Positions 7,920-15,566 are shown, numbered from the stretch's first letter. The stretch: DNA of 20,000 bases from an uncultured virus (IMG/VR IMGVR_UViG_3300032665_002303) (IMGVR_UViG_3300032665_002303), one strand, 5' to 3'. Notes: generated by a model from the letters alone, not told the origin. Translations and numbers: made by a program.

Positions 7920-7946
7920 ATTAAACATCGTTGCGACGCTCCGTTC
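7920..7946 (-). repeat. Boundary site 6 (type A)
   Basis: GAACGGAGCG-TCGCAA-CGATGTTTAAT. Confidence 0.95.
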
Positions 7947-7986
7947 GACTTCATACTTTCAATTTCACACACAAATTAAAATAGGT

Positions 7987-8757
7987 ATGTGCAAAGAGCA
8001 TCCAATATTATTTTCTACACCAATGGTGGAGGCTATTATTGACGGAAGAAAAACAATGACGAGGCGCATAGTTAAGCCAATGAGGTCCCAGAGGTGGCTA
8101 TCGATGGATACGCTATTAAAATCGCCATCGGCCTATATGTGCATTATTGACGGAGATGATTGGGCGCAATTCAGGCACCCATTAGCCGGACAGTTTGCGT
8201 TCGGTGTTCAAAATGAGGAAGATAGCCCCTTAACCTGCATTAAACACCCTTACGGGAATATCGGGGATGTGTTATATGTTCGCGAAACATGGCAGCACAC
8301 GGATAGTCTTGGAGTAAATAGGGAGGATGAAAATTCGGGCTATATCTACAAGGCTAGTGAGAATGGTAGGGAGTGGGAATCCAGCGATGATAATTGGATA
8401 TGGAAGCCTTCTATTTTTCTGCCAAAAGAAGGATCGAGAATATGGATTCAGATATCCGATATAAAGATGGAGCGACTACAAGATATTTCGCAAGAAGATG
8501 CAAGGCTGGAGGGTATTTTACCGGCGCCACATAGGCCGTCAATGCCGTCTTGCCCATTACATAAAGATAAATCAATGCATAGAGATTGCTTCGTGTGTGC
8601 ATTTAAAACGCTATGGAATAAAATAAATGGAAAGTCTGGGAATGGGTGGCTTATAAATCCGTGGGTGTGGGCAATATCTTACAATGTGTTATCTACAACA
8701 GGCAGGCCAAATAGTATTCCTGTTTTTGAACGGAGCGTCGCCACTGAAGCTAAATAG
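7987..8757 (+). CDS. ASCH/PUA-like phage protein
   Basis: Motifs PILFSTPMVEAIIDGRKTMTRR, GDVLYVRETW, WKPSIFLP, ERLQDISQEDARLEG and NPWVW. Confidence 0.85.
   Translation: MCKEHPILFSTPMVEAIIDGRKTMTRRIVKPMRSQRWLSMDTLLKSPSAYMCIIDGDDWAQFRHPLAGQFAFGVQNEEDSPLTCIKHPYGNIGDVLYVRETWQHTDSLGVNREDENSGYIYKASENGREWESSDDNWIWKPSIFLPKEGSRIWIQISDIKMERLQDISQEDARLEGILPAPHRPSMPSCPLHKDKSMHRDCFVCAFKTLWNKINGKSGNGWLINPWVWAISYNVLSTTGRPNSIPVFERSVATEAK
8728..8755 (+). repeat. Boundary site 7 (type A), encodes the C-terminus of the upstream ORF
   Basis: GAACGGAGCG-TCGCCAC-TGAAGCTAAAT, then N8-AAAAGCTAAGT. Confidence 0.95.
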
Positions 8758-8784
8758 TAAGGAAAAAGCTAAGTACCCAAAATT

Positions 8785-9096
8785 ATGCCCAGACTACCTA
8801 CCATAAGAACCCTAAGAGAATGTATTACCTGGTATACTAACAAGTATTATGAGCTAGTAACAACAGATATAAGATCAAGAGAAAGAGCACACATAGAACT
8901 TATAGAAGAAGTTAACGAAAGATACCTGCTTGTATTAAAAAAATGTATACCAGAACAATATGAAGAAGGTAAAGATGCTTTTATAAGGAACATAGACTTT
9001 CTTACACAAGTATTTACTAAAAAAAGGATGAGAGAAGAAAAGGAAATGGCATTACAGGAGTTCAAAAATAAAATTCAGGGAGCCAGCGGCCGGTAA
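8785..9096 (+). CDS. Hypothetical protein (103 aa)
   Basis: ORF track. Confidence 0.75.
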   Translation: MPRLPTIRTLRECITWYTNKYYELVTTDIRSRERAHIELIEEVNERYLLVLKKCIPEQYEEGKDAFIRNIDFLTQVFTKKRMREEKEMALQEFKNKIQGASGR

Positions 9097-9099
9097 TAA

Positions 9100-9126
9100 A
9101 TTAAGCCAAGTTGCGACGCTCCGTTC
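9100..9126 (-). repeat. Boundary site 8 (type A)
   Basis: GAACGGAGCG-TCGCAA-CTTGGCTTAAT, then N8-GGCCGCTGGCT. Confidence 0.9.
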
Positions 9127-9150
9127 ATCTTCATACTTTCAATTAAAAAC

Positions 9151-9474
9151 ATGTCAACCATAGAAATAAATAATGAATTACTTGGAAATCTGTCATTCGA
9201 TAAGTTTGATGCCCTTTGCAATGCCCTAAAATGCACCGCCCTCGGCAAGACCAAAAAAAATACGTGGATAATAGAGGCAGAGGATCCAATTAGTTTATTT
9301 AATCTTGGCGGACATCTTGAAATGGAAATTGAATTTATTTCAACTACCAGTACAGATGATGGAAGAAAGGAGGTTGTCAAAGTTAAAAACATGAATACGA
9401 AACAATTCAACGTGTTTGTGGGCGAAGTAATCATGGCGCAAAGCGATGTTGCTAAACCAGAAAACGGTAATTAA
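9151..9474 (+). CDS. Hypothetical protein (107 aa)
   Basis: ORF track. Confidence 0.75.
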   Translation: MSTIEINNELLGNLSFDKFDALCNALKCTALGKTKKNTWIIEAEDPISLFNLGGHLEMEIEFISTTSTDDGRKEVVKVKNMNTKQFNVFVGEVIMAQSDVAKPENGN

Positions 9475-9496
9475 TAATTATTTTAAAATACAGACA

Positions 9497-9739
9497 ATGA
9501 TTGACCAATTGAAGGTAGCACAAGTGATATTGTGCGAAAAAATATCAAGGGGAGACGGAAAGGATACGCCCATTCGCAAAATTATGGAGGTTGTTGACTT
9601 GGATGGAAAATTCATAGCTGAGTATGATTTTTTAAGTTTTACTATAGAGGAGGTGATGGAATTATTACCGAGTATAGATGTTGATACAAGGGCCTCTATA
9701 TATAGATCGCTATTAAAAGCCCGGGACTGCGCAAGGTGA
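9497..9739 (+). CDS. Hypothetical phage protein
   Basis: ORF track. Start placed at ATG 9497 (MIDQLK). Contains RGDGKDTPIR...DLDGKFIAEYD. Confidence 0.7.
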   Translation: MIDQLKVAQVILCEKISRGDGKDTPIRKIMEVVDLDGKFIAEYDFLSFTIEEVMELLPSIDVDTRASIYRSLLKARDCAR

Positions 9740-9746
9740 TGTCGCT

Positions 9747-9774
9747 GAACGGAGCGTCGCCACTGAAGCCAAAT
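9747..9774 (+). repeat. Boundary site 9 (type A)
   Basis: GAACGGAGCG-TCGCCAC-TGAAGCCAAAT. Confidence 0.95.
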
Positions 9775-9806
9775 AGATAAACTAACTTCTGCTTAAAAAT
9801 ATTTTT

Positions 9807-10445
9807 ATGAACACAAACTTAGAATTCCGTATCTGGGACAAACAAGAAAAGAAATGGGCAGCCCAATCTCACTATACAGAGGCGATTCTGCTATCTGCAG
9901 CAGGGGATATTGTAACCGTAGATAACAATGGCAGAATGTTATGCAGCCAACCAGGATTCAGGTACGAAGTAAGTCAATACACCGGCTTCAAGGACAAGGA
10001 AGGAGTAAAAGCATTTACCGGGGATAAGGTGGAGTATTACAATAAGGAGGGTGGTGAAATAGTTTTTTCAGATCACCATGGCGCATATATGATAGATGGA
10101 AAAGGAAGGGGTATGCGCGGTATGTCAAATGGTTCGTGGAAGATAGTAGGAAGCAAATGGGAAGAGAAGCCGGAGCCCGCACCAAATTCTCCAGCCCACC
10201 GCAAAACCAAAGAGGAGATAGCGGATGATATTCTTAGGTATCTAAGAGGAAGCGCCAATCCAAGGGTGGTAGATTTATTGTCCAAAAAGCGACCACCACT
10301 CTGCCTGCGTCCCCGCCACATAGTAGAAACACAAAGAATGGGAGAGATAAACGTTGCTATATCCCGTTACCTGGTAGAAGGAAAAGGAATACCAAAAGAG
10401 TGGATAGAGGAATTGCAGGAGCTTAATGATAAAAGGGGGATGTAG
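9807..10445 (+). CDS. YopX-family protein with additional C-terminal domain
   Basis: YopX signature LEFRIWDK...SQYTGFKDKEGVKAFTGD...KIVGS, then a Pro-rich linker and KRPPLCLRP...IPKEWIEE domain. Confidence 0.8.
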   Translation: MNTNLEFRIWDKQEKKWAAQSHYTEAILLSAAGDIVTVDNNGRMLCSQPGFRYEVSQYTGFKDKEGVKAFTGDKVEYYNKEGGEIVFSDHHGAYMIDGKGRGMRGMSNGSWKIVGSKWEEKPEPAPNSPAHRKTKEEIADDILRYLRGSANPRVVDLLSKKRPPLCLRPRHIVETQRMGEINVAISRYLVEGKGIPKEWIEELQELNDKRGM

Positions 10446-10462
10446 CCAGCGGCGGTGCCGTG

Positions 10463-10490
10463 ATTAGGCAGCCGTTGCGACGCTCCGTTC
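10463..10490 (-). repeat. Boundary site 10 (type A)
   Basis: GAACGGAGCG-TCGCAAC-GGCTGCCTAAT, then N8-CGCCGCTGGCT. Confidence 0.9.
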
Positions 10491-10520
10491 GACTGAATTT
10501 AACAATTAAACAACCATATT

Positions 10521-11003
10521 ATGCAGGGACTTACACCAAGCCAATTATCAGAGGTATCAGAATTCGTACAGAAACACCATAAATTTGGATATGTCAGAGA
10601 GGATGATAGATACGCAGGGCATGAAGGGTACTGTATAAAGTATATTGATGCTTGCTATGACTCTCGGCAGGCTGATTTTTGGGCTATAACATTCAGGGGT
10701 TGTGGTAGAATTAACTTCTCCACGAACTCTCAATATCCAAAACCATATACTACATTATTTGATTGGATAATGGGTTTTTTAAAATACGAATGGCTGCAAG
10801 AGGGGAAAAGATATGATCACATGTCAGAAAAGTCGGAAGCCCTGCTGGTTAATAGTTTCCCTAATGGAGAGATAGAAACAGAATGGAGCGATATTGATAT
10901 GATGAATGCTTATTGTGCAGATTTGGAAGACGGAGCAACTTCAGATGATATGGCAGATGCTTGTAAGTGGGTCATTCAATATAGAGAAAAACAGAATAAA
11001 TAA
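10521..11003 (+). CDS. Hypothetical protein (160 aa)
   Basis: ORF track. Confidence 0.8.
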   Translation: MQGLTPSQLSEVSEFVQKHHKFGYVREDDRYAGHEGYCIKYIDACYDSRQADFWAITFRGCGRINFSTNSQYPKPYTTLFDWIMGFLKYEWLQEGKRYDHMSEKSEALLVNSFPNGEIETEWSDIDMMNAYCADLEDGATSDDMADACKWVIQYREKQNK

Positions 11004-11029
11004 CCGACCGTACAAGAATTAAACAGTTT

Positions 11030-11341
11030 ATGGGATTAAATATAAGTATATATCGGGTCAATATTCAATTAGACGATGAGGGGTATTTTGTATCAGAAGA
11101 GAGGGTAAATGAACAAGTTGGCTGGGATAGCCTCAGATATGCGGGGGATACTGATTTTTCCAAAGCGAATTTATGTCTTCAAATAAAAGACAGAGAGAGT
11201 GTATATTACCGTCCTGAAAATTTCGAATCAACGTTTGCTTGGATAAACGGAATTGTTCCTACTGGAAATAAAAACAGATGGATTGAAATTCTAAATAAAA
11301 TGAAAGGACAACCAGACTTATATTTCTTCTTTGGATGGTGA
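11030..11341 (+). CDS. Hypothetical phage protein (103 aa)
   Basis: ORF track. Flanked by a 15 bp direct repeat. Confidence 0.8.
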   Translation: MGLNISIYRVNIQLDDEGYFVSEERVNEQVGWDSLRYAGDTDFSKANLCLQIKDRESVYYRPENFESTFAWINGIVPTGNKNRWIEILNKMKGQPDLYFFFGW

Positions 11342-11358
11342 GTAGCAAACCGACCGTA

Positions 11359-11385
11359 CAAGTGTGCGACGCAACGCAGCCGATA
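11359..11385 (+). repeat. Boundary site 11 (type B)
   Basis: CAAGTGTGCG-ACGCAA-CGCAGCCGATA. Confidence 0.9.
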
Positions 11386-11471
11386 GTAGCAACAAATCTG
11401 ACAACCAAAAATTTACATACAATGCAAACAGAAATACCTTTTAAGATCGAAGGAAATACAGCCCCATTTAC

Positions 11472-11624
11472 ATGCAGGAGCAGAAGAAGGCGCTGTGGAA
11501 GCAATTTGTGAATAGATTTGAGGTGCTAAAAGAGAAAGCGCAGAGTACATATCCAAACGGAAAGCCATGGGAGGACATTCTGGCTGAAATGTTGCAAAAC
11601 GAATATAATCTGACGGTAAAGTAA
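11472..11624 (+). CDS. Small hypothetical protein (50 aa, MQEQKKALWKQF...), possibly frameshifted from ATG 11422
   Basis: Manual translation. Last gene of the rightward block, ending before the terminator. Confidence 0.55.
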   Translation: MQEQKKALWKQFVNRFEVLKEKAQSTYPNGKPWEDILAEMLQNEYNLTVK

Positions 11625-11647
11625 ATATCCTTTCCTCTTGAAACAAG

Positions 11648-11677
11648 AACGCCCGCTATATGCGGGCGTTTACTTTT
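11648..11677 (+). terminator. Terminator at the convergence of the two gene blocks
   Basis: AACGCCCGC-TATAT-GCGGGCGTT followed by TACTTTT. Confidence 0.75.
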
Positions 11678-11709
11678 GTATGGAATAGCTAAATTATTAA
11701 TAGAACCCA

Positions 11710-11736
11710 GAACGGAGCGTCGCAACGATGCCTAAT
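11710..11736 (+). repeat. Boundary site 12 (type A)
   Basis: GAACGGAGCG-TCGCAA-CGATGCCTAAT. Contains the stop codon of ORF 11732-11938. Confidence 0.95.
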
Positions 11737-11938
11737 CAGTGGCCTCCGGCCGGCCCAACGGTTCATCAAAACTAACAGTAATAATACACCCACTATCAGT
11801 AAGAGAGAATATTATCTTACGCAACTCCTTTCTTGTTTCAAAGCGGCTGGTCTTGATAACACTCTCTAGTTTGGCGGCAGAAGGGTTTACTATTGTTATA
11901 TGCCCTCCATTGTATAAATACTTTTTGTTTACAGGCAT
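11732..11938 (-). CDS. Hypothetical protein (68 aa)
   Basis: ORF track. Exactly bracketed by sites 12 and 13. Confidence 0.7.
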   Translation of the reverse strand: MPVNKKYLYNGGHITIVNPSAAKLESVIKTSRFETRKELRKIIFSLTDSGCIITVSFDEPLGRPEATD

Positions 11939-11973
11939 AAAAAGGTTTTTGGGTACTTAGCCATAGGAATACA

Positions 11974-12001
11974 ATTTGGCACCTGTGGCGACGCTCCGTT
12001 C
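11974..12001 (-). repeat. Boundary site 13 (type A)
   Basis: GAACGGAGCG-TCGCCAC-AGGTGCCAAAT, then N8-TATGGCTAAGT. Confidence 0.95.
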
Positions 12002-12013
12002 ATCGCAGGATGG

Positions 12014-12406
12014 CTATTTGGCCTTGTTTATGTAAGCGTTATATTCTTCTTCGGTAGCCGGCATAATAGTGACATCCCCTATAACCGATATGGTTTCATA
12101 CACGGGATGCACCCTCTCCCTGGTTCCCGAATCATCAATCACTATTTCGTATTCTGGCATTTCGTCTGGTGCACGATCTTCCCACCACTCCATGATGCGG
12201 AACAAATGCGGGTACTGCCTGATCTTATCTGCATACTGCCATTCTCCTACTGGAGCGTCTTTGTCTTTAGCTACACATACTCCATAAATAGGATGTTCAA
12301 ATTGAGTAAGTATATCACCAGGTAAGAAGGGGCTGCCGGGGTAATGGTGTATGCCTGTTCCTGTGCAAATAAATCGGGGTGTGAGTAGTTCTTCTTTGGA
12401 TAACAT
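12014..12406 (-). CDS. Hypothetical phage protein (130 aa)
   Basis: ORF track. Motifs YPGSPF..GDIL, YPHLFR..EWWE.R..DEMPEY and PATEEEY. Confidence 0.8.
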   Translation of the reverse strand: MLSKEELLTPRFICTGTGIHHYPGSPFLPGDILTQFEHPIYGVCVAKDKDAPVGEWQYADKIRQYPHLFRIMEWWEDRAPDEMPEYEIVIDDSGTRERVHPVYETISVIGDVTIMPATEEEYNAYINKAK

Positions 12407-12438
12407 AAAATTTTTGTTTGTCAGTGTTAAGAATAAGA

Positions 12439-12465
12439 ATGAAGCATCGTTGCGACGCTCCGTTG
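12439..12465 (-). repeat. Boundary site 14 (type A)
   Basis: CAACGGAGCG-TCGCAA-CGATGCTTCAT. Flanks shared with site 5. Confidence 0.95.
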
Positions 12466-12481
12466 ATCGTTCGGTTATTAA

Positions 12482-12613
12482 TTAAGCCTTACTGGGTAGT
12501 ATATTGTATTGTTTGGTGTTTGGCGCTGTATTTTTTAATGGCTCATAGGCAGGAATCCACGCATGTCGTAGCCACTTCCTTATTAAGAAGTATTTAATTG
12601 ATCTCTTTGTCAT
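12482..12613 (-). CDS. Small hypothetical protein (43 aa, MTKRSIKYFLIRKW...)
   Basis: Manual translation. ATGA overlap with the upstream ORF. Confidence 0.45.
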   Translation of the reverse strand: MTKRSIKYFLIRKWLRHAWIPAYEPLKNTAPNTKQYNILPSKA

Positions 12614-12816
12614 TCCCAATCAAGTTTTTCAAAGGTTATCGGATGAGTATCTTTACTTTGGTATATCCACATCATTTCCGCCGGCATGTGCGGGCTGGTC
12701 TGGGGTAATACAATGGCGCCACATACAACCGGATTATGGTTATTTACGTTGTCCATTTTTCGATTAAATGAATTGGAGTCAAATGGGTAGGTATTGAATC
12801 CTATTTTGTTGTCCAT
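12610..12816 (-). CDS. Hypothetical protein (68 aa)
   Basis: ORF track. Confidence 0.6.
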   Translation of the reverse strand: MDNKIGFNTYPFDSNSFNRKMDNVNNHNPVVCGAIVLPQTSPHMPAEMMWIYQSKDTHPITFEKLDWE

Positions 12817-12847
12817 TTTGTAAAAAGTTAAATAGTGAACTGAATTT

Positions 12848-12876
12848 GAACGGTGCCATCGCCACTGCAGCCCTAT
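12848..12876 (+). repeat. Boundary site 15 (variant A)
   Basis: GAACGGTGCCA-TCGCCAC-TGCAGCCCTAT. Contains the stop codon of ORF 12873. Confidence 0.75.
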
Positions 12877-13346
12877 CGAAGCTGGCAGCCTGGACCATAA
12901 AGTTTGTCCCGGTGATTACGTAGAGCAAACCACAAAGAAGAGGTGTATTCTACTTGTGTCATTCTTTCTGTGTAATGATCGTAAAGAGTTTTAGAAAATG
13001 ATTTTGGTTCCAGCACTATGGAAGACAAGGCGGCAGTAGTTGCGTCGCACTCTTGTACGCTTAGTTCTTCTATGAGCTGTTCTACTGTTATAGAGGAGAG
13101 GGAATCATCGTAAGGAGCGAATAGCGTGGCCGATAGCCAATATGTGCCGTCGGATATAATGTATGTATTATAGCAGTGCCCGCATTTGGATGTTGGATGC
13201 TTGGTTGTTATTCCAATGTTTATTTCTGTGATGCCACATCTGCACGGAGCAAGGCGAATGCTATGCAATAGAAATATCTGACCCTTTTTAATTAAGCCGG
13301 CAGAATGGCTCTTTATGCAGATTACCTTCTTTCCTACTTCAAACAT
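12873..13346 (-). CDS. Hypothetical Cys-motif phage protein, reads through site 16
   Basis: ORF track. VGKKVICIK, CRCG and CGHC motifs. Confidence 0.75.
   Translation of the reverse strand: MFEVGKKVICIKSHSAGLIKKGQIFLLHSIRLAPCRCGITEINIGITTKHPTSKCGHCYNTYIISDGTYWLSATLFAPYDDSLSSITVEQLIEELSVQECDATTAALSSIVLEPKSFSKTLYDHYTERMTQVEYTSSLWFALRNHRDKLYGPGCQLR
13028..13055 (-). repeat. Boundary site 16 (type B, intragenic)
   Basis: CAAGAGTGCG-ACGCAAC-TACTGCCGCCT. Confidence 0.85.
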
Positions 13347-13389
13347 AGTATGTGTGTTTTAAAATTATGAACTTAGCTGTTTTCTATAA

Positions 13390-13416
13390 ATTAGGCATCG
13401 TTGCCACGCTCGCTTC
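13390..13416 (-). repeat. Boundary site 17 (variant)
   Basis: GAAGCGAGCG-TGGCAA-CGATGCCTAAT, then N8-AACAGCTAAGT. Confidence 0.85.
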
Positions 13417-13433
13417 GCTCATCGTATTTTATT

Positions 13434-13883
13434 TTAACAATCTGGACATTCAATTTCCAGTATCATTTTAAGCATTTTATTTCTTTCTGCAGTTGATCCC
13501 TGAAAGGCATATCGAGGGTTGAGTTTATATACGCCTCTCTGTGTGCTGTAGATAAGTTTTTTATCAGTAAGGGCTCCCAAGGCATTAGCTACGGTGCCCG
13601 GGCTTAACTTAGTGTCCTTGCCTATTATATTGCGTATGCTGGCTGAAATACCTATGTCTGTACCTACCTGATACTTTTCTAAAAGGTGGCAATAAACACG
13701 CACTTCCGGCCCGTTTAGTTTCTTGAATACGCCAATAAGGGAGGCAAATATTATATAGAATTCCTCCTTGCTTTTAGCTAGGTATTTATATTTCTGGACG
13801 CTATCTTCAAGCACCTCTCCAGTAATCCTGTCGACGATGTGAATATTTTTCACTAAGCCTGTTTTTAAGAATGATGTATTCAT
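13434..13883 (-). CDS. RepL-like winged-helix DNA-binding protein
   Basis: VDRITGEV, EEFYIIF, HTH segment LSPGTVANALGAL, and GVYKLNPRYAFQG typical of RepL-like proteins. Confidence 0.7.
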   Translation of the reverse strand: MNTSFLKTGLVKNIHIVDRITGEVLEDSVQKYKYLAKSKEEFYIIFASLIGVFKKLNGPEVRVYCHLLEKYQVGTDIGISASIRNIIGKDTKLSPGTVANALGALTDKKLIYSTQRGVYKLNPRYAFQGSTAERNKMLKMILEIECPDC

Positions 13884-13896
13884 AGCTTTGATTTAG

Positions 13897-14005
13897 TTCA
13901 CAAAACTAATGAATAATTTTAAATCAAACAAGCATTTGTTCACTATTTTTATGAATTAAATACTTGTTCATTAACTATAGCATGTTGTATTCACTGTATA
14001 ATGAA
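13897..14005. promoter_or_regulatory. Three inverted-repeat boxes TTCAC-N6/7-ATGAA, the first overlapping a promoter -7 box
   Basis: Boxes at 13897-13913, 13939-13955 and 13990-14005. TAGTTTTG -7 box at 13908-13901 (-). Confidence 0.55.
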
Positions 14006-14119
14006 TAAGATATTGGTATTTGGTGAACAAAAAACAACTTAAAGTGTTGATTATTAGTTATTTGATTACAAAAGCCCTCTATCTATCATATAATAACATG
14101 TGGTTGAAACTATGCAGCC

Positions 14120-14146
14120 GAAGTGTGCGACGCAACGATGCTAAAT
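14120..14146 (+). repeat. Boundary site 18 (type B)
   Basis: GAAGTGTGCG-ACGCAA-CGATGCTAAAT. Confidence 0.95.
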
Positions 14147-14152
14147 CTGGCG

Positions 14153-14494
14153 CTATTTGCCGGCTGCATCAGTTTTTGAAAAGTGATCCAGTAGGTTCGT
14201 CATTTCATCAAAGGAGTCTTGAAGGTTATCGTATTCTTCGTTAGATACGCCCTTTATTTGCAAGTTACCCATAACGCTTAGTGCATTACCTACTATATTC
14301 GGGATAGAAAGGAGACATTGTACAGTACCTTTCCATACTAATCCTCCTGGAAGGGATATAGATATAAGGTCAAGCTCTCTGTCTGTTCCGTTTTCTTCCT
14401 GAGTGGTTACTTCTATTTTGTAACCTTCTCCGGATATGCTGGCTTGTGGGGAGAATTCAAAGTCGTTATTGGTTTCTATTTGTATGGTTCTCAT
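14153..14494 (-). CDS. Hypothetical protein (113 aa)
   Basis: ORF track. Bracketed by sites 18 and 19. Confidence 0.75.
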   Translation of the reverse strand: MRTIQIETNNDFEFSPQASISGEGYKIEVTTQEENGTDRELDLISISLPGGLVWKGTVQCLLSIPNIVGNALSVMGNLQIKGVSNEEYDNLQDSFDEMTNLLDHFSKTDAAGK

Positions 14495-14502
14495 TGTTTT
14501 AT

Positions 14503-14530
14503 TTTTGGTTGCTGAGGCGACGCTCCGTTC
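14503..14530 (-). repeat. Boundary site 19 (type A, degenerate right arm)
   Basis: GAACGGAGCG-TCGCCTC-AGCAACCAAAA. Confidence 0.85.
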
Positions 14531-14542
14531 GTCTGCGGAGTT

Positions 14543-14788
14543 CTATTTAGCGATCAGGCCAATTTTGTATTTCCCCTCGTATTCCTTTATTATTGCGATA
14601 AATAATCGCTCCATGTAGGAGGTATCAATAAATGATATTGAGATGGATATATCCCCGTTCACTATAATTGGGTTTACTGATCGTATGGCGGCAAGTAATA
14701 TTTCCTTTGTGAATCCAAGGCCATTTATTTTATCGTCTACAAATTCCTCTTGCTGAGAGGGCCGGAGATCGTTAAAGTATTTTGTCAT
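14543..14788 (-). CDS. Hypothetical protein (81 aa)
   Basis: ORF track. Confidence 0.7.
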   Translation of the reverse strand: MTKYFNDLRPSQQEEFVDDKINGLGFTKEILLAAIRSVNPIIVNGDISISISFIDTSYMERLFIAIIKEYEGKYKIGLIAK

Positions 14789-14822
14789 TTTGAGTGAAAA
14801 GTTTAATTATTAACTGAAAGAT

Positions 14823-14849
14823 GAATGGAGCGTCGCAACGAAGTTTAAT
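14823..14849 (+). repeat. Boundary site 20 (type A)
   Basis: GAATGGAGCG-TCGCAA-CGAAGTTTAAT. Confidence 0.95.
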
Positions 14850-14958
14850 CTTTATTCCGGTTCCTGTAACCGATAAAAGCACAACATAAAAGGAAGAGGA
14901 GCAACAATATAATATCCTCAATAAAGTGATGTTGTTCTAAAAAGGAGACAATAAGCAT
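14845..14958 (-). CDS. Small single-TM peptide (37 aa, MLIVSFLEQHHFIEDIILLLLFLLCCAFIGYRNRNKD)
   Basis: Manual translation. The stop codon lies within site 20. Confidence 0.45.
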   Translation of the reverse strand: MLIVSFLEQHHFIEDIILLLLFLLCCAFIGYRNRNKD

Positions 14959-14969
14959 AAAGAGTACAT

Positions 14970-15143
14970 TTAGTTAAAAACAATATTATAATCAATAATA
15001 GTTTTGATCATTACCTCTTTAGTCTGCTTAGGTAATTCCTGGTAGATACGACCTGTTTTAGATTTTACTACCCTTCCACCGGGAGTAAGTATATCAAAAG
15101 TAGAAAAGGTTTTACGAAGAGAGTTATATAATTGCCTGGACAT
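14970..15143 (-). CDS. Small hypothetical protein (57 aa, MSRQLYNSLRKTF...)
   Basis: Manual translation. Leader CACACATACT-ATG is identical to that of ORF 13346. Confidence 0.6.
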   Translation of the reverse strand: MSRQLYNSLRKTFSTFDILTPGGRVVKSKTGRIYQELPKQTKEVMIKTIIDYNIVFN

Positions 15144-15191
15144 AGTATGTGTGATTTTGCGTTAAGATTTTGTTTCAGAATTCAGAATATA

Positions 15192-15218
15192 ATTTAGCTT
15201 CGTTGCGTCGCACTCTTC
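15192..15218 (-). repeat. Boundary site 21 (type B)
   Basis: GAAGAGTGCG-ACGCAA-CGAAGCTAAAT. Confidence 0.95.
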
Positions 15219-15244
15219 GGCTGCATTTTCGCCATTGCGCTTCT

Positions 15245-15523
15245 TTACAGATCACCATTTTTAAGGGCCATTTGGGCTGTTGCTGCATCGCTCATTAAAT
15301 GCTCATATTCTCCGGCAGGGCAATATTGAGAATTAAAGTTGGACTGCGCATATTGAAACGCCCATTTTGTAGGGCTGCCCATTATTGGGGCGGCAAAGTT
15401 TGAGCAAAAACACTCCCGCGCATCATTGTAATTTTCCGCGGTTACTTTTACGTAATGATCTTTCATTGGCTGTCCATCTTCTGTAAAGTGTGCCTGGCCG
15501 AAAGTGAAATAGTAATTTTCCAT
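15245..15523 (-). CDS. Hypothetical phage protein (MENYYFTFGQAH...KWAFQY)
   Basis: ORF track. True start placed at ATG 15523, because the longer start lies in site 22. Confidence 0.8.
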   Translation of the reverse strand: MENYYFTFGQAHFTEDGQPMKDHYVKVTAENYNDARECFCSNFAAPIMGSPTKWAFQYAQSNFNSQYCPAGEYEHLMSDAATAQMALKNGDL

Positions 15524-15566
15524 TTTGTGTGATTTTATGATTAAAGTTAAATTATATTCTCCCCTT

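Noticed and set aside
11259..11725. Minus-strand ORFs 11259-11504 and 11468-11725, and plus-strand 11413-11646
   Set aside because: They cross repeat sites or the terminator, or conflict with the more protein-like 11472-11624 frame.
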